A stretch of DNA of 64,000 nucleotides from Escherichia coli (lineage in GTDB: Bacteria; Pseudomonadota; Gammaproteobacteria; Enterobacterales; Enterobacteriaceae), in NCBI RefSeq assembly GCF_048403405.1, contig NZ_CP183131.1, one strand, 5' to 3'. The notes under the pieces are model-generated. The model saw only the letters and a program-made list of their open reading frames with translations, was not told the origin of the DNA and ran no database searches. Positions 59,588 to 64,000 of this stretch are shown in pieces (position 1 is the stretch's first letter; every line of letters starts with the position of its first letter). The position numbers were made by a program, and so were the translations under genes.

Positions 59588-60407
59588 GGCACTGTTGCAA
59601 AGTTAGCGATGAGGCAGCCTTTTGTCTTATTCAAAGGCCTTACATTTCAAAAACTCTGCTTACCAGGCGCATTTCGCCCAGGGGATCACCATAATAAAAT
59701 GCTGAGGCCTGGCCTTTGCGTAGTGCACGCATCACCTCAATACCTTTGATGGTGGCGTAAGCCGTCTTCATGGATTTAAATCCCAGCGTGGCGCCGATTA
59801 TCCGTTTCAGTTTGCCATGATCGCATTCAATCACGTTGTTCCGGTACTTAATCTGTCGGTGTTCAACGTCAGACGGGCACCGGCCTTCGCGTTTGAGCAG
59901 AGCAAGCGCGCGACCATAGGCGGGCGCTTTATCCGTGTTGATGAATCGCGGGATCTGCCACTTCTTCACGTTGTTGAGGATTTTACCCAGAAACCGGTAT
60001 GCAGCTTTGCTGTTACGACGGGAGGAGAGATAAAAATCGACAGTGCGGCCCCGGCTGTCGACGGCCCGGTACAGATACGCCCAGCGGCCATTGACCTTCA
60101 CGTAGGTTTCATCCATGTGCCACGGGCAAAGATCGGAAGGGTTACGCCAGTACCAGCGCAGCCGTTTTTCCATTTCAGGCGCATAACGCTGAACCCAGCG
60201 GTAAATCGTGGAGTGATCGACATTCACTCCGCGTTCAGCAAGCATCTCCTGCAGCTCACGGTAACTGATGCCGTATTTGCAGTACCAGCGTACGGCCCAC
60301 AGAATGATGTCACGCTGAAAATGCCGGCCTTTGAATGGGTTCATGTGCAGCTCCATCAGCAAAAGGGGATGATAAGTTTATCACCACCGACTATTTGCAA
60401 CAGTGCC
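59588..60407 (-). mobile_element. IS26: IS26, 820 bp (tnp26 59640-60344, minus strand)
   Basis: Terminal IRs intact; shares the synonymous SNP with the copy at 56160. Confidence 0.97.
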
Positions 60408-60729
60408 GTAATTATTTAGGATATAGCTCTGTGATTTAGTCTTTTTAGGGCGTTTATTTATGTCTTTATGCTGTAATGTCGGTGCTGATTTGGTCTTCAA
60501 TAAGGCGATTTTTAGCCCGCTTTTTCCGGGGGGATGAAATGTTATTGGATTGCTAAATGATTTCAAAAAAGGGGTAACATAGAGCGGGGATTAGTGTGGC
60601 GAGGCGCAGGTTTCCGATGGCAGGCTAAACGCAAAAAATGCGCTTTTTAGCCGGTGATGAGGTGAGGCCGGGAGGGGATGCGTCGCCGATCACAGTTTAC
60701 AACAGGGTTTGATAACGGGAGGAAAAGTC

Positions 60730-61146
60730 ATGCTGCAGGGATTGAATCATCTGACGCTGGCGGTCAGCGATCTGGCGTCAAGCCTGGCATTTTATCAGCA
60801 GTTACCTGGAATGCGCCTGCACGCCAGCTGGGATAGCGGAGCCTATCTCTCCTGTGGGGCGCTGTGGCTGTGCTTGTCGCTGGATGAGCAGCGGCGTAAA
60901 ACGCCCCCTCAGGAAAGCGACTATACCCACTACGCCTTCAGCGTGGCGGAAGAAGAGTTTGCCGGGGTGGTGGCTCTGCTGGCGCAGGCGGGGGCTGAGG
61001 TATGGAAAGATAACCGCAGTGAAGGGGCGTCTTACTATTTTCTCGACCCTGACGGCCATAAGCTGGAGCTGCATGTGGGGAATCTGGCGCAGCGGCTGGC
61101 CGCCTGTCGCGAACGCCCCTACAAGGGGATGGTCTTTTTTGATTGA
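60730..61146 (+). CDS. fosA3: Fosfomycin-inactivating glutathione transferase FosA3
   Basis: 138 aa from [43 protein letters not shown]…; classic IS26-fosA3-orf1-orf2-orf3delta-IS26 context. Confidence 0.85.
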   Translation: MLQGLNHLTLAVSDLASSLAFYQQLPGMRLHASWDSGAYLSCGALWLCLSLDEQRRKTPPQESDYTHYAFSVAEEEFAGVVALLAQAGAEVWKDNRSEGASYYFLDPDGHKLELHVGNLAQRLAACRERPYKGMVFFD

Positions 61147-61150
61147 CGGG

Positions 61151-61669
61151 TTAGTTCAGCTTACTGCCGGATTTCAACGTGCAGATCCACAGCGGTGAAT
61201 TGATAGAGCTGAGCAAGATAGCCTTTTCGTTGAGCTTCTGAGCGTTGAGAAACAGCCCGTCGTGGCTGTCGGACATCTCGCGCATAAAGTAGTCGAAAAT
61301 CACGTTCGGCGATTCATCAATCGAGGAGGCGCTCGATTCCCACTGATTGATGCGGTAATGACGCTCGGTGGCCGAGATGCGTTTGCTGCTGTAGGTAAAC
61401 TTCACGTAGCGTTGCAGGTAGAGCCAGCCGGCGGCGGAGTCGGTGTAACCTTCGACCACCATCGAGCCCTTACCCTGCGCGCCAAAATTGAAGTGAATAT
61501 TGCCGTTAACGTTCTCTTTGTCCATGTTCTCAAAGCGCATGATGCCCTTAGTGGAACAGCTCATGACACCCGCGTTGTCGGCAGGCAGCAGCCGCCAGGC
61601 GCTAAACGCGGCGGCGGCAATAAATACCAGAACGCAGAGGGCAAAGAACGGACGCGGCGCGAGTCTCAT
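61151..61669 (-). CDS. Hypothetical exported protein (orf1 of the fosA3 module)
   Basis: 172-aa ORF with N-terminal hydrophobic segment. Confidence 0.5.
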   Translation of the reverse strand: MRLAPRPFFALCVLVFIAAAAFSAWRLLPADNAGVMSCSTKGIMRFENMDKENVNGNIHFNFGAQGKGSMVVEGYTDSAAGWLYLQRYVKFTYSSKRISATERHYRINQWESSASSIDESPNVIFDYFMREMSDSHDGLFLNAQKLNEKAILLSSINSPLWICTLKSGSKLN

Positions 61670-62457
61670 TACGGCTTCCAGGAGTAGTAAAAGTAGTTAT
61701 CGCAATAGCTGAACGGGTTATCTTCATGCATGGCGCAGTGGGCAAGGAACACGCGCCCCAGCCCGTTGGTTTCGAGCCGATCGCCGTAGAAGAAAAGAAA
61801 ACGTTCACCGGGTTTACAGGCAATATTCAGCCGCTGGCGTACCTCATCGAAGTTTTTGCCGTAGGACTCTTCACTGACCGAACGTCGCATTTCATCGCTG
61901 GCCAGCAGTTCGCACTGGCTATGGCTGAGGCGGGTCAGCGCGATAGGCTGGGATTCACTGATGCCGACCAGACTGAAGGCAACCAGAAGCAGGGCAATGG
62001 TGAGCAAGCAGGCTCCGGCCATGTACCAGCACATCCCGCGAGCATGTGCGGAGCGCGGTGCGTCTGGCGTTGTCGTAACGGGCGGCGGTTCGGCAGGCGT
62101 CTGTTGTGGTGAAACCGGCGGCGCGTCGTCCAGCGCTTCGATAATGACCTCGGGATTAAGCTGCAAATAGCCGCGCGAGACGGTGACGATGATGTTATCG
62201 ACGCCGTAATGGCGAAAGGTCTTCCGCAGCATGCTGAGATACTGATTCAGATTGCTGTTGGATGAGGTTAATCCATTGTCATCCCAGACTTTTTTCAGAA
62301 CATCTTCCCGGCTGACAATCTCGGTATGGCGCAGAAAATAGTTAAACAGGGCGCTGGCGGTGAGGGATAGCTGGCTGTCCGGTTCATCGCTTTGCGGCAG
62401 CGTCAGGGTTCCGTCGGTGGCGTCGTAGATAAAACGGGCATTGATGTTGTAGCGCAT
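61669..62457 (-). CDS. CadC/ToxR-like membrane-bound transcriptional regulator (orf2 of the fosA3 module)
   Basis: N-terminal winged-helix region, Pro-rich linker, single TM segment. Confidence 0.55.
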   Translation of the reverse strand: MRYNINARFIYDATDGTLTLPQSDEPDSQLSLTASALFNYFLRHTEIVSREDVLKKVWDDNGLTSSNSNLNQYLSMLRKTFRHYGVDNIIVTVSRGYLQLNPEVIIEALDDAPPVSPQQTPAEPPPVTTTPDAPRSAHARGMCWYMAGACLLTIALLLVAFSLVGISESQPIALTRLSHSQCELLASDEMRRSVSEESYGKNFDEVRQRLNIACKPGERFLFFYGDRLETNGLGRVFLAHCAMHEDNPFSYCDNYFYYSWKP

Positions 62458-62476
62458 CGCGGCCTCAGTCTGTGCT

Positions 62477-62904
62477 TCACGCGGGAAGCGTCATTTTATT
62501 CAGGGAGTCAACCAGCGCGCGACGGTGGTCGGCGCTCATGGTGATCCCTTCCGTCAACTCCGAAAGCCAGATGCCGTCAGCGGCGTAGCGCACCAGCGTG
62601 CCGGTTGGGCTGTTATCCAGCTCATCGCCCTGCGCCAGTTTCTCCAGCATCCAGTCGCGCCAGCATTTGCGCAGCACCGGTTCATCGGGCATTGCCAGCG
62701 ACAAAACCATAAGCTGGCGGCTTTCATGGGTGTCCGTGAGATCCGCCAGATAGTTCAGATAGGCGCGGGTAAACCGGCCATAGCTCACGCCATCCTGTTG
62801 CATCAGCGCGGTAATCGCTTCTTCCATGATTGCCAGCAGACGCGCGAACAGGGCGAATATTAGCGCCTGCTTGTTCGGGAAATGGTGGATAAGGCCGCCT
62901 TTAC
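62477..62904 (-). pseudogene. TetR-family regulator, 5'-truncated by IS26 (orf3delta of the fosA3 module)
   Basis: C-terminal ligand-binding region only; ORF start lies inside the IS26 IR. Confidence 0.6.
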
Positions 62905-63724
62905 GGCACTGTTGCAAAGTTAGCGATGAGGCAGCCTTTTGTCTTATTCAAAGGCCTTACATTTCAAAAACTCTGCTTACCAGGCGCATTTCGCCCAGGG
63001 GATCACCATAATAAAATGCTGAGGCCTGGCCTTTGCGTAGTGCACGCATCACCTCAATACCTTTGATGGTGGCGTAAGCCGTCTTCATGGATTTAAATCC
63101 CAGCGTGGCGCCGATTATCCGTTTCAGTTTGCCATGATCGCATTCAATCACGTTGTTCCGGTACTTAATCTGTCGGTGTTCAACGTCAGACGGGCACCGG
63201 CCTTCGCGTTTGAGCAGAGCAAGCGCGCGACCATAGGCGGGCGCTTTATCCGTGTTGATGAATCGCGGGATCTGCCACTTCTTCACGTTGTTGAGGATTT
63301 TACCCAGAAACCGGTATGCAGCTTTGCTGTTACGACGGGAGGAGAGATAAAAATCGACAGTGCGGCCCCGGCTGTCGACGGCCCGGTACAGATACGCCCA
63401 GCGGCCATTGACCTTCACGTAGGTTTCATCCATGTGCCACGGGCAAAGATCGGAAGGGTTACGCCAGTACCAGCGCAGCCGTTTTTCCATTTCAGGCGCA
63501 TAACGCTGAACCCAGCGGTAAATCGTGGAGTGATCGACATTCACTCCGCGTTCAGCCAGCATCTCCTGCAGCTCACGGTAACTGATGCCGTATTTGCAGT
63601 ACCAGCGTACGGCCCACAGAATGATGTCACGCTGAAAATGCCGGCCTTTGAATGGGTTCATGTGCAGCTCCATCAGCAAAAGGGGATGATAAGTTTATCA
63701 CCACCGACTATTTGCAACAGTGCC
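62905..63724 (-). mobile_element. IS26: IS26, 820 bp (tnp26 62957-63661, minus strand)
   Basis: Terminal IRs intact; standard Tnp26 sequence. Confidence 0.97.
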
Positions 63725-64000
63725 AAATGCTCCTTAAGGAACTCGATGCGTACGCCGCGCTGGGTGAGGCCCTGCACCAGGCGGCGCAGGTCGTCGAGGT
63801 TGCGCGCCAGACGATCCATGCTGTGCACCACGACCGTGTCGCCTTCGCGCACGAAGGCGAGCAGCCGTTCCAGTTCGGGCCGCCGTGTGTCCTTGCCCGA
63901 CGCCTTGTCGGTGAACACTTTATCCACCTGGATCTGTTCGAGCTGCCGTTCTGGGTTCTGGTCGAAGCTGCTGACGCGGACGTAACCGATGCGCTGACCG
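63725..64000 (-). pseudogene. tnpR: Tn21-subgroup resolvase tnpR, 5' portion (continues beyond window), 3'-truncated by IS26
   Basis: Minus-strand translation …GQRIGYVRVSSFDQNPERQLEQIQVDKVFTDKASGKDTRRPELERLL…VHSMDRLARNLDDLRRLVQGLTQRGV… then IS26 IR. Confidence 0.8.

Overview
Mosaic multiresistance region of a conjugative plasmid, organised by six IS26 copies (one partial at the window start). Three backgrounds are joined. (1) An IncN/pKM101-type fragment (traE'-traO-traF-traG-nuc): traO is split by IS26 and its two halves sit at 86-685 (+) and 13670-13962 (-), with an inverted 8-bp duplication that indicates an IS26-mediated inversion. (2) Resistance modules: a complex class 1 integron (intI1, dfrA12-gcuF-aadA2, qacEdelta1-sul1, ISCR1, qnrA1, ampR remnant); an IS26-bounded aac(6')-Ib-cr / blaOXA-1 / catB3 / arr-3-remnant array; an IS26-bounded fosA3 module; and Tn1721/Tn21-family remnants (tnpA' with a 38-bp IR, and tnpR'). 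(3) About 40 kb (14.4-54.6 kb) of backbone, almost all on the minus strand, that looks like the SXT/IncC superfamily: iteron-type repA with about 14 iterons and DnaA boxes, ParM-type partition genes, a Ner-like / FlhD-like / FlhC-like / H-NS-like regulatory cluster, F-type traF-traH-traG, DsbA, SppA, a KfrA-like protein and an SF1 helicase. The exact plasmid group cannot be assigned without a database search. The most likely candidates for an undescribed system are in the backbone: a minus-strand operon (14360-19835) encoding an AAA+ ATPase, DUF1257-like and DUF2997-like proteins and paralogous envelope proteins with a shared C-terminal tail; and a dispersed set of eight copies of a parS-like palindrome. 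All calls come from reading the sequence and the ORF translations from memory of protein families; no searches were run.
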